Below are positions 9,815-20,317 of a stretch of 33,972 nt of DNA, piece by piece. This stretch comes from Patescibacteria group bacterium (lineage in GTDB: Bacteria > Patescibacteriota > Minisyncoccia > UBA10092), in assembly GCA_018826255.1 (NCBI GenBank), contig JAHJZO010000042.1, forward strand, positions 1-33,972. The letters run 5' to 3'. The stretch's first letter is position 1, and each line of letters begins with the position of its first letter. The notes under the pieces are model-generated. The model had not been told where the DNA came from. It saw only the letters and a list, made by a program, of their open reading frames with translations, and did no database searches. Both the position numbers and the translations under genes were made by a program.

Positions 9815-12800
9815 ATGGCAAAATTCGCCCATCTTCATGTTCACTCTCACTACAGCTTGCTTGACGGCTTGGCGAAAATTGACGATCTGGTAAACCGCGC
9901 CAAAGAACTCGGGATGGAAGCTCTGGCATTGACCGATCATGGGACCATTTATGGCGCCGTCGAATTTTTTCAGAAAGCCAAACGAGCGGGGCTTAAGCCG
10001 ATCATTGGTTGCGAATTTTATGTGGCAAACGGCAGCATGGCCGACAAAAATCCCGGGCCCGGTAACAAACGATTTCATTTAACTCTTTTGGTAAAAAACA
10101 AAAACGGATATAAAAATCTGGTTAAATTGATAACCGGCGCTCATCTGGAGGGGTTTTATTACAAGCCAAGAATTGATAAAAATTTGCTGTGCCAGTACGC
10201 CGACGGATTAATTTGTCTTTCCGGCTGCATGCAGGGTGAAATCCCCCATCTGATATCTTCCAATAAAATAGAAACCGCCGAAGAAACAGCGCAAGAGTAT
10301 CAGGATATTTTTGGCAAAGATAATTTTTATATGGAAATCCAGCCGCATTTTGAAAAAGGCGGCAATAAAAATCTTCGCGCCAATTTAATAGAACTTTCAA
10401 AAAAACTTGAAATTCCTCTTGTCGCGTCAAACGATGTTCACTATATTTCAAAAGAAGACGAAGATTATCACGACGCGCTATTGGCAATCGGCACCGGAAA
10501 CAAAATCTCCGACTCAAATCGCTTATCGCTTAAGGGAATGGATTTGTCTTTCCAATCAGAAGAGGAAATGACCAGAATCTTTAGCGATATTCCGGAGGCG
10601 GTTAGCAATTCTCAAAAGATTGTTGATGCCGTTGATTTTGAATTTGAATTCGGCAATCCGCAATTCCCCCACTTTGAATTGCCGGAAGGTGAAACTGCGG
10701 AAAGTTACTTGGAAAAATTGGCGTTTTCTGGTTTTCAGAAAAAATTCAGTTATTCATCTTTAGCTGATGCGTCGCAAGAAATTCTTAACCGTTTCAAATT
10801 TGAACTTGGCGTTATCCAAAAAACCGGATTCGCTTCATATATTTTAATTGTTTGGGACATTGTTAATTGGGCAAAGAATCAAGGGATTGCCGTCGGTCCC
10901 GGCCGCGGTTCGGCCGCCGGTTCGCTAATTTTATATTCAATGGGCATTACCAATCTTGACCCGATAAAATATAACCTTCTTTTTGAAAGATTTTTAAATC
11001 CCGACCGCATAGCGCCGCCGGATATCGACCTTGATTTTGCCGACCACAGACGCAACGAAGTTTTGGAATATATCGCCAAAAAATATGGCCGCGAACATGT
11101 CGCTCAAATCATAACTTTCGGGACAATGGCGGCCCGCGCCGCCATACGCGACGCGGGCCGGGCTCTGGGATTCGGTTATGGTTTTTGCGACACCATCGCC
11201 AAAATGATTCCTTTCAATCCGACCCAAGGAATGAAAACCGGATGGCTTGAAAAATCGCTTCAAAATGTAGCCGAATTGAAACAAGCCGTGGACACCGACC
11301 CGCAAGCCCGTCAGTTGATTGAAACCGCGAAAAAATTGGAAGGTGTCGCCCGTCACGCTTCAACTCACGCTTGCGGAATCGTCATTACTAAAAATCCGAT
11401 TACCGAATACATGCCCCTTCAATGGGCCACCAAATCAAACGGTAAAAAAGACGGCGAGCAGGCGCTTGTGACCCAATACGACATGCGTTCGGTTGAGGCC
11501 TTGGGACTTTTGAAAATGGACATTTTGGGACTGCGGAACCTGACAACAATTGAAAAAACGCTTGAACTTATAGAAAAAAATTACAGCAAAAAAATAGACA
11601 TTTACAATATTCCTTTGGATGACGAAAAAACTTTTGAGCTTTTGAAAAAAGCCAACACTACCGGTGTTTTTCAATTGGAATCCGCCGGAATGCGGCGTTA
11701 TCTGAAAGAATTAAAGCCGACCACTTTGGAAGATATTATCGTTATGGTGGCGGCGTTTCGCCCCGGTCCGATGGAATTTATCCCCACTTATATCGCGCGA
11801 AAAAATGGCCTGGAAAGAGTCGAGTACCTGCATCCGAAATTGAAACCTATTTTGGAAAGCACTTACGGCGTCGCCATTTATCAAGAACAAGTCATTAAAA
11901 TTGCCAATCAAATGGCCGGCTTCACTCTTTCGGAAGCCGATGTCTTGAGAAAGGCTGTCGGTAAAAAAATAAAAAAGCTTCTTGATGAACAGTCGGAGAA
12001 ATTTATAAGCGGGCTTGTCACCAATGGCATTAGCTTGGCAACCGCGGAAAAAATATGGCAATTTATAGAACCGTTCGCGCGCTATGGCTTCAACAGGTCG
12101 CACGCCGCCTGTTACGCGCTTATCGCCTACCAAACGGCTTATCTAAAAACAAATTACCCGGCAGAATTTATGGCTTCTCTTCTGAATACGGAAAGTTTTG
12201 ATATGGATCGTGTCGCCATATTGATGAACGGAGCCAAAAAGATGGGCATAGATATTCTGCCCCCGGATATTAACGAAAGCCTGGAAAATTTCACTCTGGT
12301 TAAACATGAAAATGAAGGAATAAAAATCAGATTTGGTTTTTCGGCGGTAAAAAATTTGAGCGGGAACGCCATTTCAAGCATTATCGAAAAAAGAGAAAAT
12401 AACGGAAAATTTTTATCATTACAAAATTTTCTTGAAAGAACCCCCTCAACAAATTTAAATAAAAAGTCTCTTGAAGCGCTTACAAAATGCGGAGCTTTAG
12501 ATGCTTTTAACGAAAGACGAATGCTTAATAACAACATAGAAGAAATTCTGCGGTACTTAAGAGACGCCAACAAAAGCGCCGGGACTCCCCAAACAGGACT
12601 TTTTGAATCATATTCAACCGTCGCGCCGCTAAAATTAGCGAATGTTGAGCCGGCGGCAAAAAAAGAAAAACTGGCTTGGGAAAAAGAATTTTTGGGACTA
12701 TATATTCAGAACATCCGATGCAGGATTATCGTGAAATTATGGAGAAAAAATCGCTGATGATTCAAAAAATAAAACCTGCGTTGGTCGGACAAAAAATCGC

Positions 12801-13053
12801 CATCGGCGGCCTGATTTCCGGCATACAGAAGTTCGTCACCAAAAATGGCCGCTTGATGCTCTTTACAAAACTTGAGGATTGGGCTAATAAGATAGAGATA
12901 GTTGTTTTCCCCAATATATTGGAAAAAAATCCCGACATTTGGCGGGAAGACAATATTATTATCGTTCAGGGAAAAGTTTCTCAGCGCAATGGAACGCTTA
13001 GCGTAATTTGCGATGGCGCTCGGGAGTTTTTAATAAATGGAAAAAGAACTTAA
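9815..13053 (+). CDS. dnaE: DNA polymerase III alpha subunit, split by a 1-bp deletion near 12705 (track ORFs 9815..12757 and 12676..13053)
   Basis: PHP domain HLHVHS/TDH, GPGRGSAAGS, PDIDLD, LLKMDILGL, YGFNRSHA. The conserved E.LGLYIS.HP motif is restored by adding one T (TAT ATT [T]CA GAA CAT CCG); the downstream frame is the OB fold. Confidence 0.95.
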
Positions 13054-13068
13054 AAAATAAATATTAAA

Positions 13069-14826
13069 ATGAAAAAATCAACAAAAATAGATACTATTCG
13101 CCACTCGTTGTCGCATTTAATGAGTATGGCGGTGCAAGAGCTTTATCCGAAGGTCGGATTGGGTGTCGGTCCGTTTATCGAAAACGGTTTTTATCAGGAT
13201 TACGATTTGCCGGAAGTTATTACGCCGGAAATTTTACCTTCACTTGAAAAGCGGATGAAGGAGCTGATCAAGGAGAATACTAAATTTGAACAGCACAACA
13301 TGGATTTTGATGAGGCCTATAAGTTTTATAAGCGCGACCCTTACAAAACAGGATTTATCGATGACTTAAAAGCCGCCGGAGAGAAAAAAGTCAGTTTTTA
13401 CAAATCCGGTTGGTTCGACAATCTCTGCGCCGGCCCGCATGTCAGTTCGGCTAAAGAAATTAATCCCGATGCTTTCAAGCTGATCTCAATCGCCGGCGCC
13501 TACTGGCGCGGAGACGAAAAAAACAAGATGCTCACCCGTATATATGGCGTGGCTTTTGAAACCGAAAAAGAACTGGAACATTATTTGTGGCAGCAGGAAG
13601 AGGCCAAAAAAAGGGATCATCGTATTATTGGAAAAAATTTAGACCTTTTCACTTTTTCCGATTTAGTCGGTAAGGGCCTGCCACTCTTTACCGAGAAGGG
13701 CTCCATAATCCGGCGCGAACTTGAAAGATTTATTGTTGACGAAGAAATAAAACGCGGATATAAGCATGTTTACACTCCGGAATTGGCAAAAGTAGAGCTT
13801 TACAAAACTTCCGGCCATTATCCCTATTACAAAGATACGATGTATCCCGTTATGAAAATTGATGAGGAAGAATTAATTTTGCGCCCTATGACTTGTCCGC
13901 ACCACTTCCAACTTTACGCCAGTAAACCCCATTCCTATAAAGAATTACCGCTCCGGATTGCCGAATTAGCCAAACAATTCCGCTATGAAAAATCCGGTGA
14001 ATTAACCGGTTTAATGCGCGTCCGCAGTTTCTGTTTGGCCGATGCCCATATTATCTGCCAAAAAGAACAAGCTACCGACGAAATTAATAGCGTGCTTGAT
14101 TTAATCGAATATGCCGCTTCCGCGTTGGGATTAAAAAAAGAAGAAAATTATCGGTATCGCCTATCTTTAGGCGATAGGACAGATACTAAAAAATATTATA
14201 AAGACGACCAGGCCTGGAATTTTGCCGAAAACATTTTACGTTCGGTATTAAAAGATAGAAAATCTCCGTTTTTTGAAGAAGAAAATGAGGCCGCTTTTTA
14301 CGGACCAAAAATAGACATTCAAATGAAGACCTTTTCTGGCAAAGAAGATACGGCTTTTACCGTTCAATACGATTTTGTTATGCCCAAAAGATTTAATCTT
14401 ACTTATATTGATGAGGCGGGCAAAAAACAAGAACCGATCGTTATTCATCGCTCGTCTATTGGAGCGATAGAACGGGTAATGGCCTTTTTAATCGAACACT
14501 ATGCCGGCGCTTTTCCGGTTTGGCTTTCCCCTGTTCAGGTAAAAATTCTTAATATAACTGACCGTAATTTGAAATATTCTGAAAAAATTCTGGAAGAACT
14601 TAAAAAAGAAGGAATTCGGACAGAATTAGGCAGCGACAATGAAACTATCGGAAAAAAGATTCGCGAATCTGAACTTGAAAAAATTCCCTATATTTTAATA
14701 GCCGGCGACAAAGAAGAAAAAAATGATTCAGTCGCGGTTCGCGAGAGAGGCAAAGGCGATCTGGGCGCGATGGAATTGAAAAAATTCATTGAAAAAATCA
14801 AAAAAGAAATTGAAAGCAAAAAATAA
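13069..14826 (+). CDS. thrS: Threonine--tRNA ligase (no N-terminal TGS domain)
   Basis: RHSLSHL, LCAGPHV, GAYWRGD, RDHR..G, LRPMTCPHH, AAFYGPKID, IHRSSIG, EHYAGAFPVWLSPVQ. Confidence 0.98.
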   Translation: MKKSTKIDTIRHSLSHLMSMAVQELYPKVGLGVGPFIENGFYQDYDLPEVITPEILPSLEKRMKELIKENTKFEQHNMDFDEAYKFYKRDPYKTGFIDDLKAAGEKKVSFYKSGWFDNLCAGPHVSSAKEINPDAFKLISIAGAYWRGDEKNKMLTRIYGVAFETEKELEHYLWQQEEAKKRDHRIIGKNLDLFTFSDLVGKGLPLFTEKGSIIRRELERFIVDEEIKRGYKHVYTPELAKVELYKTSGHYPYYKDTMYPVMKIDEEELILRPMTCPHHFQLYASKPHSYKELPLRIAELAKQFRYEKSGELTGLMRVRSFCLADAHIICQKEQATDEINSVLDLIEYAASALGLKKEENYRYRLSLGDRTDTKKYYKDDQAWNFAENILRSVLKDRKSPFFEEENEAAFYGPKIDIQMKTFSGKEDTAFTVQYDFVMPKRFNLTYIDEAGKKQEPIVIHRSSIGAIERVMAFLIEHYAGAFPVWLSPVQVKILNITDRNLKYSEKILEELKKEGIRTELGSDNETIGKKIRESELEKIPYILIAGDKEEKNDSVAVRERGKGDLGAMELKKFIEKIKKEIESKK

Positions 14827-15703
14827 AATAATCGTGGTTGTTGGGCCAACGGCTTCCGGGAAAAGCGCGCTTGCGATAAAACTCGCCAAAAAATTTGGCG
14901 GTGAAATTATTTCCGCCGATTCGCGGCAAGTTTATGAAAGGATGGATATCGGTACCGGCAAAATTACCAAAAAAGAGATGACGAAAATCCCCCATCACCT
15001 TCTAGATGCCGCCAATCCCAAAAGGCAATTTTCCGTTGCCCAATACAAACGATTGGCCAATAAAGAAATTAAAAAAATAATTCGCCGTGGGAAAATTCCC
15101 ATTATTTGCGGCGGAACAGGCTTTTATATTCAATCAATAACGGAAAATATTTCCATTCCGGAAATAAAGCCCGATAAAAAATTAAGGGCTACGCTTGAGA
15201 AAAAAACAACAAAAGAATTGTTTAGCCAATTAAAGAAACTGGACCCACGGCGGGCAAAAAACATAGACCGGAACAATCGCCGCCGTTTAATTAGAGCGTT
15301 GGAAATAATTATTAAATCCGGAAATAAAGTTCCTCCGCTTAAATCCACGCCCGAATATGAAGCGTTATTTATCGGCATAAGACGCGGTATGAAAGAGTTG
15401 AAAGAATTAATAAAAACACGACTTTTGAAACGACTTAAAATAGGAATGGTTAAAGAAGTTATAAATCTGAAAAAATCCGGCTTGAGTTGGAAGCGACTTG
15501 AGGATTTCGGCCTGGAATACCGCTATGTCGCCTATTATCTTCAAAACAAGTTGTCTTACGATGAAATGATTGCCAAGCTTCAAAAAGAAATAGAGCATTA
15601 CGCCAAGCGCCAAATGACTTGGTTCAATCGCAACAAAAAAATTCGCTGGGTTGCGAATTCAAAACAAGTCGGAAAATTAACTAAAAAATTCTTACTTCAG
15701 TAA
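14810..15703 (+). CDS. miaA: tRNA dimethylallyltransferase
   Basis: GPTASGKS, IISADSRQVY..MDIGTGK, PHHL, GGTGFY, YAKRQMTWF. Start uncertain (TTG 14810 or 14789). Confidence 0.97.
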   Translation: MKAKNKIIVVVGPTASGKSALAIKLAKKFGGEIISADSRQVYERMDIGTGKITKKEMTKIPHHLLDAANPKRQFSVAQYKRLANKEIKKIIRRGKIPIICGGTGFYIQSITENISIPEIKPDKKLRATLEKKTTKELFSQLKKLDPRRAKNIDRNNRRRLIRALEIIIKSGNKVPPLKSTPEYEALFIGIRRGMKELKELIKTRLLKRLKIGMVKEVINLKKSGLSWKRLEDFGLEYRYVAYYLQNKLSYDEMIAKLQKEIEHYAKRQMTWFNRNKKIRWVANSKQVGKLTKKFLLQ

Positions 15704-17146
15704 TTTTTTGAGAATATCGGAAATGATTTCCGGATTGGCTTTGCCGCGAGTGACGGCCATAACCTGCCCGATTAAAAATTGCAAAGACGCTTCTTTGCCC
15801 TTTTTATAATCTGCAACTGCCGCTTGATTTTTACTTATTATTTTTTCAGCGGCTTTCTTGAGCTCATCAGTATCTTGAACCTGTCCCAAATCTTTTTCAT
15901 CAATAATATTGGAAGGGTCTTTTCCGGTTGCCCACATCTCTTTAAGAACTTCTTTAGCGGCCGACGTGGTTATGTCTCCTTTATGGACTAGACCAACCAA
16001 TTCGGCAAAATCTTCAGCGGTTATTCTGGTGTCATCAACTTCGGCCGAGGATTTGTTCAAAAGCCCTAAAAAATCACCTAAAATATAATTGGCGGATAAA
16101 TTGGCAAGCTTGTTTTTGTCGCCACTTTCCAAGTTCATAAGTTCACTTAAAACATTTTCAAAAAACCCTGCGAGCTTTTTATTATTAACCAAAATATTAA
16201 TCTGATTATCTGTCAATCCGTATTCTGATTTAAATCTTTTCCTTTTGCCACTTGGCAATTCGGGTAATCCGGTTTCGATTTCTTTAACCAATTCGACGTT
16301 AGTTTTCAAGAGCGGTAAATCCGGTTCGGGGAAATATCTGTAATCATGGGACTCTTCCTTGGTTCTTTGCAATACCGTTTCCCCTTTTGATTCGTTCCAG
16401 CCGTATGTTTGCTGAACAATTTTTTCGCCGCGCTCAAGAATTTTCGTCTGCCGCTTTATTTCAAAATCTATCGCATCGCGGACCGCTTTAAAAGAATTTA
16501 AGTTTTTAACTTCAACTTTAGTGCCAAGTTCTTTAGCGCCAACCGGCTTTAATGAGAGATTGGCCTCTACCCGCAATTGTCCTTTTTCCATATCCGCATC
16601 GGAAACCCCTAGATATCTCAAAGCTAATTGAAGCTCTTGGGCAAAGGCGACGGCTTCTTTCCCGGAAGTTATGTCGGGCTCAGTGACGAGCTCCATCAAA
16701 GGCACGCCCGCACGGTTAAAGTCAACCAAAGAATGACCAATATGGCCGAAATGAATCAGCCGGCCGGTATCCTCTTCAAGATGCACCCGTGTTATTTTTA
16801 TTTTTTTTGCTATGCCCGGGATACTTAATTCTCCGCCCAAACAAATCGGCTTATCGTATTGAGATATTTGATAACCCTTCGGTAAATCGGGATAGAAATA
16901 ATTTTTTCTGTCCCATTTGGTAATTTCCGGAATTTTACTTTTCAAAGCTAAACCGACTTTTATAACTTTATCAACCGCCTCTCTGTTTATAACGGGCAAA
17001 GTCCCCGGCTGGCCGGTGCAGATAGGGCAAATATTAAAATTGGGATGATGTTCGTCCGGGTCGTTTTTACAGGCACAAAACATCTTTGTTTTCGTCTTCA
17101 GTTCCGCGTGTATTTCCAACCCGATAACTGGTTCGTATTTTGTCAT
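15692..17146 (-). CDS. gatB: Asp/Glu-tRNA amidotransferase subunit B
   Basis: VIGLEIHAEL.TKTKMFC, RKNYFYPDLPKGYQISQ, HLEEDTG, DYRYFPEPDL; start ATG 17146. Confidence 0.98.
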   Translation of the reverse strand: MTKYEPVIGLEIHAELKTKTKMFCACKNDPDEHHPNFNICPICTGQPGTLPVINREAVDKVIKVGLALKSKIPEITKWDRKNYFYPDLPKGYQISQYDKPICLGGELSIPGIAKKIKITRVHLEEDTGRLIHFGHIGHSLVDFNRAGVPLMELVTEPDITSGKEAVAFAQELQLALRYLGVSDADMEKGQLRVEANLSLKPVGAKELGTKVEVKNLNSFKAVRDAIDFEIKRQTKILERGEKIVQQTYGWNESKGETVLQRTKEESHDYRYFPEPDLPLLKTNVELVKEIETGLPELPSGKRKRFKSEYGLTDNQINILVNNKKLAGFFENVLSELMNLESGDKNKLANLSANYILGDFLGLLNKSSAEVDDTRITAEDFAELVGLVHKGDITTSAAKEVLKEMWATGKDPSNIIDEKDLGQVQDTDELKKAAEKIISKNQAAVADYKKGKEASLQFLIGQVMAVTRGKANPEIISDILKKLLK

Positions 17147-17164
17147 GACTCCAGAATACCACAA

Positions 17165-17590
17165 TTACTTCTGGATTTCGATTCCCATTGAACGGGCGGT
17201 GCCCATGATGATTTTTTCCGCAGCGCCAATATCATTGGCGTTTAAATCAACCATTTTCTTTTCGGCAATTTCACGAATTTGCGCCATAGTGACTTTACCA
17301 ACTTTGATCTTCTTCGGATTAGCGCTGGCCTTTTCAATGCCCGCCGCTTTTTTAAGTAAAGACGCCGCCGGTGATGTTTTGAATCTCATATCAAAAGTTC
17401 GGTCTTCATAAACCGTAACTTCAACCGGAATAATATCACCGGCCATTTCTTTGGTAGCGACATTAAATTTGCTGACAAACTCGCCGATATTAAGGCCGTG
17501 CGGGCCCAAGGCCGTGCCAACCGGCGGCTGGGCTGTCGCCGCTCCGGCGGGAATTTGTATTTTTATAATTGTTTTTATTTTCTTTGCCAT
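17165..17590 (-). CDS. rplK: 50S ribosomal protein uL11
   Basis: [24 protein letters not shown]; follows nusG. Confidence 0.98.
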   Translation of the reverse strand: MAKKIKTIIKIQIPAGAATAQPPVGTALGPHGLNIGEFVSKFNVATKEMAGDIIPVEVTVYEDRTFDMRFKTSPAASLLKKAAGIEKASANPKKIKVGKVTMAQIREIAEKKMVDLNANDIGAAEKIIMGTARSMGIEIQK

Positions 17591-17593
17591 ATT

Positions 17594-18136
17594 TTATAAT
17601 TTTTTTATTTGAAGCGAGTCAAGTTCAACCGCCGTTTCGCGACCGAACATTGAAATTAATACTTTAACCTTGCCATGGTCTTCATCTACTTCATTAACTT
17701 TGCCGTCAAAATCTTTAAATGGCCCATCAACTATTTTAACCGGATCGCCGACCGAAAATTCAATTTTGTATTTTGATTCTCCGCCGCTCATCCGTCTTTG
17801 AAGGTCAGTTATTTCCCCTGCCGAAACCGGAATGGGCATCGTCCCCGAACCGATAAAGCCGGTAACGCGCGGCGTGTTTCTGACCACATACCACGAATCA
17901 TCGGTAACAATCATCTCAACCAAAACATAGCCCGGATAAATTTTTTCTTCAATTACCCGCCGTTTGCCGTCTTTAATCTTAATTTTCTTTTCTTTCGGAA
18001 CCAGAACATTAAAAATTTTATCCTGCATATCCAGGGATTCAATTCTCTGTTTCAAATTGCGCGCCACCGCGTCTTCATAACCGGAATAGGTATGAAGCAC
18101 GTACCAGTTTCTGCCTTGTGACTGTTGCCGTGTCAT
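17594..18136 (-). CDS. nusG: Transcription termination/antitermination factor NusG
   Basis: WYVLHTYSGYE, YPGYVLVEM, VRNTPRVTGF, KOW motif GD.V.I.DGPF, FGRET.VEL. Confidence 0.98.
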   Translation of the reverse strand: MTRQQSQGRNWYVLHTYSGYEDAVARNLKQRIESLDMQDKIFNVLVPKEKKIKIKDGKRRVIEEKIYPGYVLVEMIVTDDSWYVVRNTPRVTGFIGSGTMPIPVSAGEITDLQRRMSGGESKYKIEFSVGDPVKIVDGPFKDFDGKVNEVDEDHGKVKVLISMFGRETAVELDSLQIKKL

Positions 18137-18139
18137 AGT

Positions 18140-18334
18140 TTATCTAAATAGAAAAATGTCCAGGCCCAAGCCGAAAAAGTAGTCTAAGACGCTCAAAAAT
18201 ACCGCCGTAGTAGCAGAAACACCGATAACTATCAATGTATACTTAACAGTAGTGTCTTTGGATGGCCACTCAACTTTGCTCATTTCAACTTTTACTTCTT
18301 TGAAATAATTTTTTATTTTTTCCAAATTGCCCAT
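18140..18334 (-). CDS. secE: Preprotein translocase subunit SecE
   Basis: EMSKVEWP motif plus a single TM; secE-nusG-rplK order. Confidence 0.95.
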   Translation of the reverse strand: MGNLEKIKNYFKEVKVEMSKVEWPSKDTTVKYTLIVIGVSATTAVFLSVLDYFFGLGLDIFLFR

Positions 18335-18364
18335 AAATCGGGTGTTAGAATAACAAATAATAAA

Positions 18365-20317
18365 TTAAATGTCAAGGTTTTTGACTGTTTTGGCATGTAG
18401 CTGGATGAACCTCTTACGTGGGGCTACTTCGTCGCCCATTAATATATCAAACACTTTATCGGCTTTATCGGCGTCTTCAACACTGATTTGCTTCATGCTT
18501 CTGCTTTCCGGATTCATTGTCGTTTCCCAAAGTTGATCGGGATTCATTTCGCCCAAACCTTTATAGCGTTGAATGTTGGGATTTAATATTTTGTCTTTTT
18601 TGAAATCCCCCAAAATTTCCGCCTTATCTTCATCGGTATAGGCGTACTCGGATCTTTTTCCGCTTGAAATTTTATAAAGCGGCGGCTCGGCTACGTATAT
18701 GTGCCCCTGGTTTATCAATTCCGGAAAATAGCGAAAAAATAAGGTTAAAAGCAGCGTTCTAATGTGCGCGCCGTCAACATCCGCATCGGTCATAATTATA
18801 ATCCGTCCATAACGCAACTTCGAAATATCAAACTCTTCGGCAATGGCCGTGCCAAGCGCGATAACCAGCGCCCTGATTTCTTTGAAAGCCAATATCTTGT
18901 CAATTCTTGCTTTTTCAACATTTAAAATCTTGCCGCGCAGAGGCAAAATTGCCTGGAATTTCCTATCGCGCCCCTGTTTTGCCGAACCACCGGCCGAATC
19001 GCCTTCAACAATAAATAATTCCGATTCCACGGGGTCGTCGCTAGAACAGTCGGCCAATTTGCCGGGCAAGGCCAATCCTTCCATAATTCCTTTTCTCAAC
19101 ACTGTTTCCCGCGCCGCTTTAGCCGCTTTTCTGGCTTTCGACGCTAAAATTGTTCTTTCTAAAATTTTCTTCGCATCAGATGGATTTTTTTCAAGCCACT
19201 CTCCCAAGGACTCTCCAATTACCGCTTCTGTGGCGGTTCTGGCTTCAGGATTTCCCAATTTTGCCTTGGTTTGTCCCTCAAATTGCGGTTCTTGTAATTT
19301 AACGCTTATAGCGACCGTAAGCCCTTCACGCACATCTTCACCGGTAAGATTATCTTCCGAATCTTTTACATAACCATTTTTGCGGGCATAGTCGTTAAGC
19401 GTCCTTGTAAGCGCGGTCCTAAAACCTGTGGCATGCATTCCGCCCTCCCCCGTGTGGATGTTATTGGCAAAACTTAACTCCTCGGTCTGCATGTCTTCGG
19501 TATATTGAAATGCCGTTTCCACCACTATGTCATCATAAGTTTTTTCAACATAAAAAATATTTTCCTGAATGGGTTTTTCATTTTTATTTAAAAAGCGAAT
19601 GAAAGAAATTAAACCGCCCTCAAAATAAAAGGTGAAAGAGACGGGAATTTTTTTCCTTTCATCGCGGAAAATTATTTTAACGCCCTTTGTTAAATAAGCT
19701 TGTTCGCGCAAGTGTTCCAAAATTCTTTTTTCGTCAAACCACTCCCCTCCTTTTTCAAAAGTATTGAAAATTTCCTGATCGGGCTCAAAAGTAACTATAG
19801 TACCAGTTATTTTAGAAGTGCCGGTTTTTTTAACTTTTCCGGTTGGCTTGCCTCGTTCGTATTCTTGAGTCCAAATAGCGCCATCCCGGCAGACATCAAC
19901 CTTCAGCCAGCGCGATAAAGCGTTAACAACTGAAACACCGACTCCGTGAAGACCACCGGAAATTTTATATGACTCGCCGCCGAACTTGCCACCCGCGTGA
20001 AGAGTGGTCATAACCGTTTCAAGGGCCGATTTTTTGGTTTGTTTGTGAGTTTCAACCGGAATACCGCGTCCGTCATCAGTTACTTTAACTTTATTTTCTG
20101 GAAGTAAAACAATTTCTATATTTTTGGCATATCCTCCCATTGCTTCGTCCAGAGAGTTGTCAAAAACTTCCCAAACCAAATGATGCAGACCGTCAGGACC
20201 TGTTGAACCAATATACATCCCCGGCCGTTTTCTGACCGGATCAAGGCCTTCCAAAACATAAATGTCTTTGGCTGTATATGTTGGTTCTTTTTTTGTTTTT
20301 ATTTTTTCTTTTGCCAT
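18365..20317 (-). CDS. gyrB: DNA gyrase subunit B
   Basis: VRKRPGMYIG, LHAGGKF, SGGLHGVG, PQFEGQTK.KL, VEGDSAGGSAKQGR, PLRGKILN, MTDADVDG, QRYKGLGEMN. Confidence 0.95.
   Translation of the reverse strand: MAKEKIKTKKEPTYTAKDIYVLEGLDPVRKRPGMYIGSTGPDGLHHLVWEVFDNSLDEAMGGYAKNIEIVLLPENKVKVTDDGRGIPVETHKQTKKSALETVMTTLHAGGKFGGESYKISGGLHGVGVSVVNALSRWLKVDVCRDGAIWTQEYERGKPTGKVKKTGTSKITGTIVTFEPDQEIFNTFEKGGEWFDEKRILEHLREQAYLTKGVKIIFRDERKKIPVSFTFYFEGGLISFIRFLNKNEKPIQENIFYVEKTYDDIVVETAFQYTEDMQTEELSFANNIHTGEGGMHATGFRTALTRTLNDYARKNGYVKDSEDNLTGEDVREGLTVAISVKLQEPQFEGQTKAKLGNPEARTATEAVIGESLGEWLEKNPSDAKKILERTILASKARKAAKAARETVLRKGIMEGLALPGKLADCSSDDPVESELFIVEGDSAGGSAKQGRDRKFQAILPLRGKILNVEKARIDKILAFKEIRALVIALGTAIAEEFDISKLRYGRIIIMTDADVDGAHIRTLLLTLFFRYFPELINQGHIYVAEPPLYKISSGKRSEYAYTDEDKAEILGDFKKDKILNPNIQRYKGLGEMNPDQLWETTMNPESRSMKQISVEDADKADKVFDILMGDEVAPRKRFIQLHAKTVKNLDI

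Noticed and set aside
9620-9815. Replication origin at the strand switch
   Set aside because: No DnaA-box cluster or dnaA/dnaN nearby; only three genes lie on the plus strand before orientation reverts.
12676-12757. Programmed -1 frameshift in dnaE
   Set aside because: Shifting at the nearby A/T runs would destroy the conserved LGLY motif; the indel maps to a non-slippery position.
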